Source: Patescibacteria group bacterium
GTDB taxonomy: Bacteria > Patescibacteriota > Minisyncoccia > Phycocordibacterales > Phycocordibacteraceae
Assembly (NCBI GenBank): GCA_038062735.1
Contig: JBBTWN010000002.1
Location: 1-58,663, forward strand
Direction of reading: 5' to 3'
Length of the DNA stretch: 58,663 nt
Shown here in pieces: positions 9,115 to 17,077 of this stretch. Each line of letters opens with the position of its first letter. Within the stretch, counting starts at the first letter, position 1. A program made the translations under genes and the position numbers. The notes below the pieces were generated by a model, which was not told the DNA's origin, did no database searches, and was given only the letters and a program-made list of their open reading frames with translations.

Positions 9115-9672
9115 ATGGCAAAACTTTTTATTGCTGAAGACGATCCATTGATGAGTCGAATGTACGAGAAGGCGTTTCGTTTAGGCGGTCATGAGGTGAC
9201 CATGGCATTTGATGGCGAAGAGGCGCTGGCCTCGCTCCAAAAGATGGATCCAAAGCCAGTACTTATCCTGCTTGATGTAATGATGCCGAAGATGAGTGGT
9301 TTTGACGTACTGAGAAAGCTCAAAGAAGACGAAAAGATGAAAGCAATTCCCGTTATTATGCTCACCAACCTTGCGGGTCAGCAAGATGCTGAGAAGGGGC
9401 TCGAGCTTGGCGCGGTGACCTACCTCGTAAAAAGTCAGTACAAGCCACAGCAGGTTGTAAAGAAAGTTGAAGAGATTATGCAAGCATCAACGCATGGTGC
9501 TGCAGAGGTGCCGCAAGTTGCAGTAGAAGTAAAAGATATCACCACCCCTCTTGTGATGCCGGCACCACCACCCGCGCCAACGCCGACTCCTGCCCCAGCC
9601 CCAGCTCCGACTCCAGCTCCTGCACAGCCTCCATCACCACCCCCGCCTCCAACGCCTACAACGTTCCCGTAA
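9115..9672 (+). CDS. Response regulator receiver domain with a C-terminal Pro/Ala/Thr low-complexity tail
   Basis: 'KLFIAEDD...ILLDVMMPKMSG...PVIMLTN...YLVK' receiver, followed by 'PAPPPAPTPTPAPAPAPTPAPAQPPSPPPPPTPTTFP'. Confidence 0.8.
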   Translation: MAKLFIAEDDPLMSRMYEKAFRLGGHEVTMAFDGEEALASLQKMDPKPVLILLDVMMPKMSGFDVLRKLKEDEKMKAIPVIMLTNLAGQQDAEKGLELGAVTYLVKSQYKPQQVVKKVEEIMQASTHGAAEVPQVAVEVKDITTPLVMPAPPPAPTPTPAPAPAPTPAPAQPPSPPPPPTPTTFP

Positions 9673-9722
9673 AGGCAATCTCAGCTTGAAGAAAGTCACT
9701 GACTCCAACTATGTGATGGGCG

Positions 9723-9728
9723 TATACT
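9723..9728 (+). promoter_or_regulatory. -10 box TATACT 6 nt upstream of ATG 9735
   Basis: tatact-gatagt-ATG read directly. Confidence 0.5.
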
Positions 9729-9734
9729 GATAGT

Positions 9735-10979
9735 ATGCATTCGGCGCGCCCCATTATTGCACTTGCTGTGGCGATCCTTGTTATTGTTGCGGGCTGGTTT
9801 GTACTTACATACTTCAAACCAACAAATCTTCACGCGCTGGCTCTCTCCGCTCTCGACAAAAGCGCAACGGATCAACTTCTGGCGAATCGAACTATCGTCG
9901 ACTTTGGATACAATCGAGACGGAACAATCTCGTATACCTACTTGGCGGAGCCACTGCCAGAGAGGCTCGCCGAGAACGAAGTACCAGAACTCAGAACTGA
10001 AAACTCATACACTAAATTTAACGGAGTAATAGAAAATGGTTTAGATCAAAAAATTCAACTGACTAGCGTTTTCTACTCTCAGCCTACGTTTGCACAAGAC
10101 GAGGATGGTACGTGGAGGTACCTTGAATATGCAACAACCACCCAAGAATCATTCAGAAATCGTGACACCACACTCCTTCGACGCATCACAGAAGTGTTGG
10201 TGCATACTGCGTATGCCGACTCTATCTCACCATTTTCTGAAGCAGGAGATGGGTACGTTTCGGGTCTGGGAGGTGGCGTCAATGCAACAGAGAGCACCTG
10301 CCTCAACAATGCGTGGTCTAGCGTTTCAGGTAGCACGGCAGATGCAGTCGGAGCCACCATGGTTGTGTCTGGGACGATCAGTGATTTTAACGAGCCTCCG
10401 TGGCAGTGCGACGCTGCTGTCGATCGATCCTTCACCCCCTTTGACACCTCTGCTATGCCTGGGGGCTCAACGGTTACGGCCGCAACTCTCAATGTGTATG
10501 TAACAGCAACAGTAGATGAAGACAATGACGGAACAGACTATATCACTGTGCAGCAGACGTCGCAGGCGACACACACTACGCTCGTTGCGGCGGACTACGA
10601 CAATATGTCAGCGGAGGGAATTGATAGTGGTCAGCGCAAGGACATTACCTCCATCTCTACTTCTGCATACCTTGTGTTTACGCTAAACAGCACCGGGATG
10701 GGTTGGGTTAAAGGCAGTGGGCAAGCATCGAATTGTTCTGCCACTGCGGGCATCAGCTGTTTCGGTCTTGTTGAGGGCCATGACATTACTGGGTCGAGGA
10801 TTGCCACTTTTACTACCAATTCAGTAAGTATGAGAACTTCAGAACAAGCTGGCACCACACAGGATCCGTACCTTGAGGTGACGTATACAGTAGCTGCGTC
10901 AAGCGCAGTTCAGACTGGTATAAAAGTCGGTGGCGGGGGTGGGCTCCGTGTTGTGGGTGGAAAACTCAAAATGCAATGA
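9735..10979 (+). CDS. Membrane-anchored/secreted protein of unknown function, with a C-terminal basic Gly tail shared with the LamG-like paralogues
   Basis: N-terminal anchor IIALAVAILVIVAGWFVLTYF. The Thr/Ser/Gly-rich extracellular part contains 'GSTVTAATLNVYVTATVDEDNDGTDYITVQQ'. The protein ends 'GGGGGLRVVGGKLKMQ'. ATGA overlap with the next gene. Confidence 0.5.
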   Translation: MHSARPIIALAVAILVIVAGWFVLTYFKPTNLHALALSALDKSATDQLLANRTIVDFGYNRDGTISYTYLAEPLPERLAENEVPELRTENSYTKFNGVIENGLDQKIQLTSVFYSQPTFAQDEDGTWRYLEYATTTQESFRNRDTTLLRRITEVLVHTAYADSISPFSEAGDGYVSGLGGGVNATESTCLNNAWSSVSGSTADAVGATMVVSGTISDFNEPPWQCDAAVDRSFTPFDTSAMPGGSTVTAATLNVYVTATVDEDNDGTDYITVQQTSQATHTTLVAADYDNMSAEGIDSGQRKDITSISTSAYLVFTLNSTGMGWVKGSGQASNCSATAGISCFGLVEGHDITGSRIATFTTNSVSMRTSEQAGTTQDPYLEVTYTVAASSAVQTGIKVGGGGGLRVVGGKLKMQ

Positions 10980-12265
10980 AATACTTTTTTATTTTCATTG
11001 CAATCGCTCTTATGTCACTGCCATCGTCTGTGCACGCGGCGCGGCTGTGGTCGAGCGGATTTGAGCTTAGCTCGGTTACTGCTGGTGTTGAAATTACATC
11101 AACTGGTGGCGCTACCGCGCCGACCATATCGAGCAGCAATGTGCGGAGTGGCGCGTATGCCCTTCGCGTAAATCCCTCCTTGAGCGACACGGTGATGAAT
11201 TATGACTTCGAAGGAACTGATATTGACATCGCGTACACGCGATTTTATCTCTACATCGCTTCAGCTCCGTCGTCTGACACCAGTATTGTTGAATTCACTG
11301 CGAATGGCTCAGACACGACCGTGTGCGGGATACGCCTCAACGCAAACAACACCTTGCGGCTCTATGCCGATGATTCCTCGACCCCGATTGGAAGTGCTTC
11401 GTCAGCACTCTCGACTGGGACGTGGTACCGCATCGAACTCACTTGTGATGCCACTAACAATTCAGACTTTGCGGCCACAGGACGAATCGACGGCACACAA
11501 TTCGCCTCTGGGTCTCTGGGGTCAGGGAGCGCGACTAACATCGGTCGCCTTGAATTAGGCGTGGACGCCGGTAACTGGGGAGACACCGCGAGCGCCGACC
11601 TCTATTTTGATGACGCGGCGGTCAACGATACGAACGGATCTGATCAAACATCATGGCCGGGTACCGGTTCTATTGTCCATATGCAGCCCGATTCTGCAGG
11701 GGACACCAACAACTGTACGACTGGTGATTATACAAGCATTGATGAGATTACGCCGGATGATGCAGCTACGGTGTGTGTCCTTGATACCAACGGCGATATT
11801 CTGGAAGTCAATGTAGAGAGTGCACTGAGCGCAGGTATTGATTATTACGACACCGTGAGTGTGGTGATGATAGGTACCCGTGAGGCACAAGCATCAGCGA
11901 GTTCAGACACATTAGCCCCGCTCATACGTTCAGCGTCGGGCGGCACGAGATTGTCTGGGACATCATACACACACAACGATGTCACCTACCGCACAAACGG
12001 AGACACACTACCGCGTAATCACAAACTCTCGACCACCACAGACCCAACCACTGGTGTCGCCTGGACACCAACGGGTACCAATTCTTTGGACAATCTACAA
12101 TTTGGATTCAACTGTAGCACCTGCACTGTCGCCACCAATCTTTCAACACTCTGGGCGCTCGTTGAGTATGTTGATGGAGTTCCGCCCGCGGTCAAAAATC
12201 GCCTCAACCTTCGTGGCACACTCAAGATCAGGGGCGGAGGGAGAGTGCAGATTCGAGCAAATTAA
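10976..12265 (+). CDS. Secreted LamG/concanavalin-A-like jelly-roll protein, paralogue 1
   Basis: Signal peptide ends ..SSVHA|ARLWSSGFEL. LamG-like pattern 'YTRFYLYIAS...TWYRIELTCD...IDGTQF...ADLYFDDAAVND'. The C-terminal half is strongly similar to 13682..15004 (SWPGxGSIVHMQPD, DExTPDD, YRTNGD, WTPTGTNSLDN, LWALVEYVDG). Confidence 0.6.
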   Translation: MKYFFIFIAIALMSLPSSVHAARLWSSGFELSSVTAGVEITSTGGATAPTISSSNVRSGAYALRVNPSLSDTVMNYDFEGTDIDIAYTRFYLYIASAPSSDTSIVEFTANGSDTTVCGIRLNANNTLRLYADDSSTPIGSASSALSTGTWYRIELTCDATNNSDFAATGRIDGTQFASGSLGSGSATNIGRLELGVDAGNWGDTASADLYFDDAAVNDTNGSDQTSWPGTGSIVHMQPDSAGDTNNCTTGDYTSIDEITPDDAATVCVLDTNGDILEVNVESALSAGIDYYDTVSVVMIGTREAQASASSDTLAPLIRSASGGTRLSGTSYTHNDVTYRTNGDTLPRNHKLSTTTDPTTGVAWTPTGTNSLDNLQFGFNCSTCTVATNLSTLWALVEYVDGVPPAVKNRLNLRGTLKIRGGGRVQIRAN

Positions 12266-12266
12266 A

Positions 12267-12482
12267 ATGAAAAAAATTCTTTTTATCACCGTGCTTATTC
12301 TCCTCACGATGCCGTTCTCGGCGGACGCAGCGCGGCTGTGGTCGGGCGGGTTTGAACTCAACTCGTGTGTTGCTGCAGAGGAGGTAACTGCGTGCACTTG
12401 GGATGGGAGCGAAACAGCCACAATAGTGTCAACACCGGTTCGCACCGGTACCTATTCAAATGATGCGAATGCCTCAATATGA
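12267..12482 (+). pseudogene. Truncated third copy of the LamG-like paralogue family (signal peptide + first ~50 mature residues only)
   Basis: 'MKKILFITVLILLTMPFSADA|ARLWSGGFELNS...STPVRTGTYS' parallels the N-termini of 10976 and 13682. It hits a stop after 71 codons, with ~100 nt of non-coding sequence behind it. Confidence 0.5.
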
Positions 12483-12581
12483 AATTACCCAGCGCACATA
12501 AGTCGACCATACTCATGGGCAGCGGGTGGACGCGACTTCTGAGTGTACAATAGTTGTATTAGCCATCTAACGCATTCGAGC

Positions 12582-13673
12582 ATGAAAAGACTTTCAATAT
12601 TTTTTCTTCTAGCAATATTTTTGGCTAGCAGTCCATTTCCAGCAAGTGCTGTAGTGAACTCAATAAACGGGCAGACGGATGCTGCTCAACTCCTGGTCGC
12701 TCCGTCGTCAAGCGCGACAAATACGATGCACATGGAAATCGTACCCATCGGCAGTGATCGAAATCGATTCAGATGGGATGGCACACCTTGGCGAGTCGAT
12801 CAAGGTGGTACTGGTGTCCAGTCGGTGCCTTCAGGGGCGTTACTTTTTGGCAACGGCACCGGAGCATTAGGTATGACATATGCGCCGACGTTCAGCTTTG
12901 TAACGGCCACCTCAACTAGCGCCACTTCGAGCCTTCAAAATTTGAGCACCGCCCAACTTTCAATTGAGTCACTGCAGGGAGTTGTAAAGGCTGTAAACGG
13001 ATTTCTGATGTCTGGTTTAATTGACCTAGCAAGCGAGGTTTCAGGAGTGCTCGGTGTTGGCTTCGGCGGTACAGGTACGATCATGTTACCAAGCTTCGGG
13101 CAATTATTAATGGGTAACGGGCTCGGTGGGTATGATCTGGTATCAACATCGTCTCTGAATATTAGCGCAGCAGCAATACCGGGCGGTAGTAATGGGCATA
13201 TACAATTCAATGACAACGGCACTTTTGGAGGAATGGCTATTAGTTATTTTCAAACCGCACATCAGCGAATATTAAAAACAGACAGCGCTCCAAATGGTAG
13301 TGGCTACCTCACCGCACTTCGCGGTGCCGATGCAGTAGAAAGTGGCGCGGGAGGAAGGTACTTGGTGGCTGCAGGTGATGGACCGGATGGGCAGCTTGGG
13401 GCGACGATATATTTGTTCGGAGGTTCTGCTGATGGCAGTGGTGACGGAACAGGCGATATCGAGTTTTATTCAGGCACAATATCAGATTCGGAAACGCCCG
13501 GCAGTTTCAAGTTCAGAACCTGGCTCCAAGCTGCGACCACCACGATTGACTTCGGAGAAATTGGAAACACTGATTCTCGAGTTTGCTTTAACACAAAGAA
13601 TACCGACGGGCAGGATATCTCATTTTATTTCGTTGGGACTTCCATGGTGATTGAGGCGAACCCCTGTCTCTGA
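12582..13673 (+). CDS. Secreted protein with phage-tail-fibre-like 'GGTG ... G.LL.GNG' motifs and a Gly/Asp-rich C-terminal region
   Basis: Signal peptide MKRLSIFFLLAIFLASSPFPASA. There are two copies of the motif (VDQGGTGVQSVPSGALLFGNGTG; GFGGTGTIMLPSFGQLLMGNGLG), which I know from tail-fibre/collar-type proteins. ATG 12582 is preferred to the track's GTG at 12543. Confidence 0.5.
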   Translation: MKRLSIFFLLAIFLASSPFPASAVVNSINGQTDAAQLLVAPSSSATNTMHMEIVPIGSDRNRFRWDGTPWRVDQGGTGVQSVPSGALLFGNGTGALGMTYAPTFSFVTATSTSATSSLQNLSTAQLSIESLQGVVKAVNGFLMSGLIDLASEVSGVLGVGFGGTGTIMLPSFGQLLMGNGLGGYDLVSTSSLNISAAAIPGGSNGHIQFNDNGTFGGMAISYFQTAHQRILKTDSAPNGSGYLTALRGADAVESGAGGRYLVAAGDGPDGQLGATIYLFGGSADGSGDGTGDIEFYSGTISDSETPGSFKFRTWLQAATTTIDFGEIGNTDSRVCFNTKNTDGQDISFYFVGTSMVIEANPCL

Positions 13674-13681
13674 ATGGTCAC

Positions 13682-15004
13682 ATGATGGTACGCACACTGG
13701 CGTTTTTACTGTTGATACTACTCATCTCTTTCGTGCCCACCCCGCTCTTTGCAGCGCGACTGTGGTCGTCGGGGTGCGAGCTCCAGGGAGACGCTCCGGG
13801 GTCAGCGACAACCGGTATGGAATTTGATGTGACAACGTCCGGTGCAGGTTCCACAGCTCAAATCAGCGCCACAACACTGAGAACCGGGTTGTCCTCGTGC
13901 CGAAACGCAGCAACTGGGTCCGGCTGGACAGTCTTCAGTCAGCAGTTTCTCGGGACCGCAGCAGGCGGACCATACTATTTTCGATTCTATATGTACATCG
14001 AGTCCAGTCCATCGACAAATGTATCGATTGCGCTGTGGATCAACTCAAGTGATTCTCGAAACTTCCTTAGACTGAATTCTGACCGGACACTCGATATGAT
14101 GGATGCTGACGATACAACGGTATTGGATTCATACGCGACCCCGCTTAGCACTGGGACTTGGTATCGCGTAGAATTGAAATATGACAGCGCATTAAACGGC
14201 ATGGAAGCGAAGCTCGATGGGACTACTATTTTGGGTCCCGCGGACTGTACAGGGTGTGGCAGTGTCAACGAACTTGACTTCGGTCTCAACGACTATGCGG
14301 ACGCTCCAACGGGGACAATATATTTTGATGATTTGGCGGTGAATGATTCTTCTGGAGGCTCACAGACCTCTTGGCCCGGTGTAGGTTCTATCGTACATAT
14401 GCAACCCGACGGGGTCGGAGACAACAGTGGGTGCGGTGCTGGTGACTACTCTAGCGTCGATGAAGTGACACCTGACGATGGGACAACAACTTGCACATTA
14501 ACCACAGATGGAGGGGGCGACATTCTCGACGTTACAGCCGAATCTCCGTCATCTGCAGGCATTGATTCCTATGACACGGTATCTTTGGTCCAGGTGGGCA
14601 TGCGCGAGGCCACAATCACCGGTGGGGGCACGGGGAGTCAGTCAAAGAATGTTCGAGTAAAATCTGCGTCTGGTGGCACGGTGTCGAGTGGTACGGCGAC
14701 CACGCACAACGACACTACGTATAGGACGAACGGTGATGTGGCACCGCGCAACTACACGCTCACCTCATACACCGACCCAACGACCAGTATCGCTTGGACG
14801 CCAACCGGCACAAACTCGCTCGACAACATGCAAGTTGGCATCACCTCTGTTGATGGCAACCCAGATATCAGCGTGTCGACAATCTGGGCCTTGGTTGAGT
14901 ATGTGGACGGGTCGCCGCCTGCGGCGCTTGATAAGATGCGTGCGCTATTAAATGGTGGGCGATTTAAGGTACAGGGTAACAGATTCAAGCTCCAATCAAA
15001 TTAA
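13682..15004 (+). CDS. Secreted LamG/concanavalin-A-like jelly-roll protein, paralogue 2
   Basis: Signal peptide ..PTPLFA|ARLWSSGCEL. 'YYFRFYMYIES...TWYRVELKYD...LDGTTI...IYFDDLAVND'. The C-terminal half is collinear with 10976..12265. It ends 'NGGRFKVQGNRFKLQSN'. Confidence 0.6.
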   Translation: MMVRTLAFLLLILLISFVPTPLFAARLWSSGCELQGDAPGSATTGMEFDVTTSGAGSTAQISATTLRTGLSSCRNAATGSGWTVFSQQFLGTAAGGPYYFRFYMYIESSPSTNVSIALWINSSDSRNFLRLNSDRTLDMMDADDTTVLDSYATPLSTGTWYRVELKYDSALNGMEAKLDGTTILGPADCTGCGSVNELDFGLNDYADAPTGTIYFDDLAVNDSSGGSQTSWPGVGSIVHMQPDGVGDNSGCGAGDYSSVDEVTPDDGTTTCTLTTDGGGDILDVTAESPSSAGIDSYDTVSLVQVGMREATITGGGTGSQSKNVRVKSASGGTVSSGTATTHNDTTYRTNGDVAPRNYTLTSYTDPTTSIAWTPTGTNSLDNMQVGITSVDGNPDISVSTIWALVEYVDGSPPAALDKMRALLNGGRFKVQGNRFKLQSN

Positions 15005-15051
15005 AGAGAATTCTAAAATATCCACATACTGCGGGCTAAAATACGCTGGTG

Positions 15052-15057
15052 TATAGT
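15052..15057 (+). promoter_or_regulatory. -10 box TATAGT 6 nt upstream of ATG 15064
   Basis: gtgtatagt-ggcagg-ATG read directly. Confidence 0.5.
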
Positions 15058-15063
15058 GGCAGG

Positions 15064-15609
15064 ATGGACCATCGTGAGCTTATTAAGAAAGCAAAAGAGG
15101 GCGACCGCCCGGCGTTTGATGAACTGTATCGCACGGTATACGCGCCGGTATATCGTTTTATTGTCATGCGCGTGAAGTCAAAAGACGAAGCAGAAGATTT
15201 ATGTCAAATCGTGTTTACCAAATTTTTTATTGCACTCCCGAGCTATCGAGACTCTGGCCCATCCGTGCTTCCGTATTTGTTTACAATGGCGCGAAATGCC
15301 ATCATTGATGAAACCAGAAAACGAAAACCGATCTACGATGATGATGCGCTCTGGAGTATCGCCGACCAAAGTCCAAGCGCCGAACAAAACTCGATGCAGC
15401 ACGAAGAGGTGATGACCGTGCTCAATGCCATGCAGGCGTGTTCTGAGGCAGAGGAGGCGGTCCTCAAACTGAGGTACCTCGACGGATTCTCGACTGCTGA
15501 GGTCGCTGCACTTCTTGAAAAGAGCCCCGAGGCCATCCGCCAACTCTTGTCACGGGCGCTCCGGCACATCCGTACATACCTTAGAGGGACAACTCGTTCG
15601 TATGAATAA
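15064..15609 (+). CDS. ECF-type RNA polymerase sigma factor (sigma-70 regions 2 and 4)
   Basis: 'AFDELYRTVYAPVYRFIVMRVKSKDEAEDLCQIVFTKFF' (region 2) and 'LKLRYLDGFSTAEVAALLEKSPEAIRQLLSRALRHIR' (region 4 HTH). Confidence 0.85.
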   Translation: MDHRELIKKAKEGDRPAFDELYRTVYAPVYRFIVMRVKSKDEAEDLCQIVFTKFFIALPSYRDSGPSVLPYLFTMARNAIIDETRKRKPIYDDDALWSIADQSPSAEQNSMQHEEVMTVLNAMQACSEAEEAVLKLRYLDGFSTAEVAALLEKSPEAIRQLLSRALRHIRTYLRGTTRSYE

Positions 15610-16201
15610 TCAACACACTCACATTGACGAGATCGTGGCGGGTGCGCTCAAACGCTCTGATGAGGATCAGGGCCTAACCGCGTACCTCCGCTCACACCCC
15701 CTCGAGAGAGATGAGGTCGATGCTATACTAGCATCGAGTGTGCGCATTGAGCGGGTAGGTGCCCGACTCGCGCCGCGGGCGGAGGGTTTACACAAGGCCC
15801 TCGGGCTCACAGAGCCCGAGCCCGTACTCTCACCATTATTTATAAGTTCATTTATCATGAATTCAACTTCAAAGATTGCAGCAGGCGTACTCGCACTCGT
15901 CGTTGTTATTGGCGGTGGGTACCTCGTCACCATGCCCGGTGAACAACTCGTCGTCGAGTCTGACTCAGAAGCGATGGTTGCGGACGATACTTCGTCCTCA
16001 GATACTCGTGTGATGACGGATGTCTCACCGACGCCGCAGGCTCCAACGGGCGATATTGATGAGATACGTGCCGCTATTGATGGCGAGTTGGCAGCAGAAA
16101 ACGCTGGACTTGCTGCGTTTGACCAGGAGGTCAACGCCGACGTCGCCGCGACCGAAGCACTTACCACCACTAACGACATGAACTATGACGAAAGCATCTA
16201 A
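15602..16201 (+). CDS. Putative anti-sigma factor (single-pass membrane protein) coupled to the ECF sigma
   Basis: ATG 15602 overlaps the sigma stop (tATGaataa). It has a short cytoplasmic N-terminus, one TM (IAAGVLALVVVIGGGYLV) and an acidic extracytoplasmic tail. The call rests on position and topology only. Confidence 0.55.
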   Translation: MNNQHTHIDEIVAGALKRSDEDQGLTAYLRSHPLERDEVDAILASSVRIERVGARLAPRAEGLHKALGLTEPEPVLSPLFISSFIMNSTSKIAAGVLALVVVIGGGYLVTMPGEQLVVESDSEAMVADDTSSSDTRVMTDVSPTPQAPTGDIDEIRAAIDGELAAENAGLAAFDQEVNADVAATEALTTTNDMNYDESI

Positions 16202-16967
16202 CACTGCTGCACGACTTCTTGCACTCGCGCTCATGTGCGCGCTCGTCGTTCCAACGTTCGTGTTTGCTGAAGAGGCGAGCACTACTCCCCGTGGACCAAA
16301 AGCTCCTGGCGCCGCAGCCGCAGCAAATTTCTGTACCAATATCGACACCATGGCCGCTCGTATTATGGGTGGCATCGGTACTCGCGAGGACAAGATGAAG
16401 GAGCGCCGTGACGTCCGTACCCTCAGAAAAGATACGAAGCGCGACACACGCGACGACAAGCTCGTCACCAACCGCGATAAGTGGGACGATAATCGCACTG
16501 ACCGCTATGTAAAACTTGAGGCACGTGCCTCAACGACTGAACAAAAAGCAGCGGTCACCGCGTACAAGACGGCGCTTGAAGCTGCCGTGAAGACGCGAAA
16601 AGCTGCAGTAGACGCCGCGCTCGCTGCGTACCGCACGGGTGTGGATGCTGCCATTGCAGAAAATCAGACGGCGATTGATGCCGCAGCAGCGACTTTCAAA
16701 TCTGCCATTGACACAGCGATTGCAAAAGCAAAGGCAGATTGTGCAAGTGGTGTTGCAGCAGCGACTATCCGTGACACATTGAAGGCATCTATTAAAGCCG
16801 CACAAGATGCGCACAAGGCATCACTCGGTAGTTTGAAGGGCACGCTCGAGCCAAAAATCGCAGCGCTTAAAGCGACACGCGACGCTGCGGTGAAAGCAGC
16901 ACTCGACGGATTCAAGACCGCGCACGAAGCAGCGCTCGCCGCGCTTAAAGCCGCGTTCGGTCTCTAA
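16185..16967 (+). CDS. Secreted Ala-rich, repeat-containing alpha-helical protein
   Basis: Signal peptide AARLLALALMCALVVPTFVFA|EE. A charged R/D/K segment is followed by degenerate repeats 'AAVxAAL.AY.TGVDAAI / AIDTAIAKAKAD / AAVKAALDGFKTAHEAAL'. Confidence 0.5.
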   Translation: MTKASNTAARLLALALMCALVVPTFVFAEEASTTPRGPKAPGAAAAANFCTNIDTMAARIMGGIGTREDKMKERRDVRTLRKDTKRDTRDDKLVTNRDKWDDNRTDRYVKLEARASTTEQKAAVTAYKTALEAAVKTRKAAVDAALAAYRTGVDAAIAENQTAIDAAAATFKSAIDTAIAKAKADCASGVAAATIRDTLKASIKAAQDAHKASLGSLKGTLEPKIAALKATRDAAVKAALDGFKTAHEAALAALKAAFGL

Positions 16968-16986
16968 AGATGCGATGAACTAACAC

Positions 16987-17013
16987 AAACCCCGGTGCAC
17001 AACCCGGGGTTTT
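16987..17013 (+). terminator. Rho-independent terminator
   Basis: ACCCCGG-tgcacaac-CCGGGGT stem-loop followed by TTTT, 20 nt after the stop at 16967. Confidence 0.7.
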
Positions 17014-17077
17014 GTTATTGTCTTTTGTATGCTATAATACAAAGAACAGGCCAAGTCCCTCCACGGTTTGTACATTC

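Noticed and set aside
9540-9672. Pro-codon-rich DNA (gccccagccccagctccgactccagctcct...) considered as a tandem repeat, VNTR or mobile-element feature.
   Set aside because: It is the in-frame coding sequence of the response regulator's Pro/Ala/Thr tail. The repeat units are degenerate, so it is treated as a protein low-complexity tract.
17012-17077. Track start (TTG 17012) of the DEAD-box helicase ORF, adding 'MLLSFVCYNTKNRPSPSTVCTF'.
   Set aside because: This stretch overlaps the upstream terminator's T-run and the tgctataat promoter box. ATG 17078 downstream of that promoter is the plausible start.
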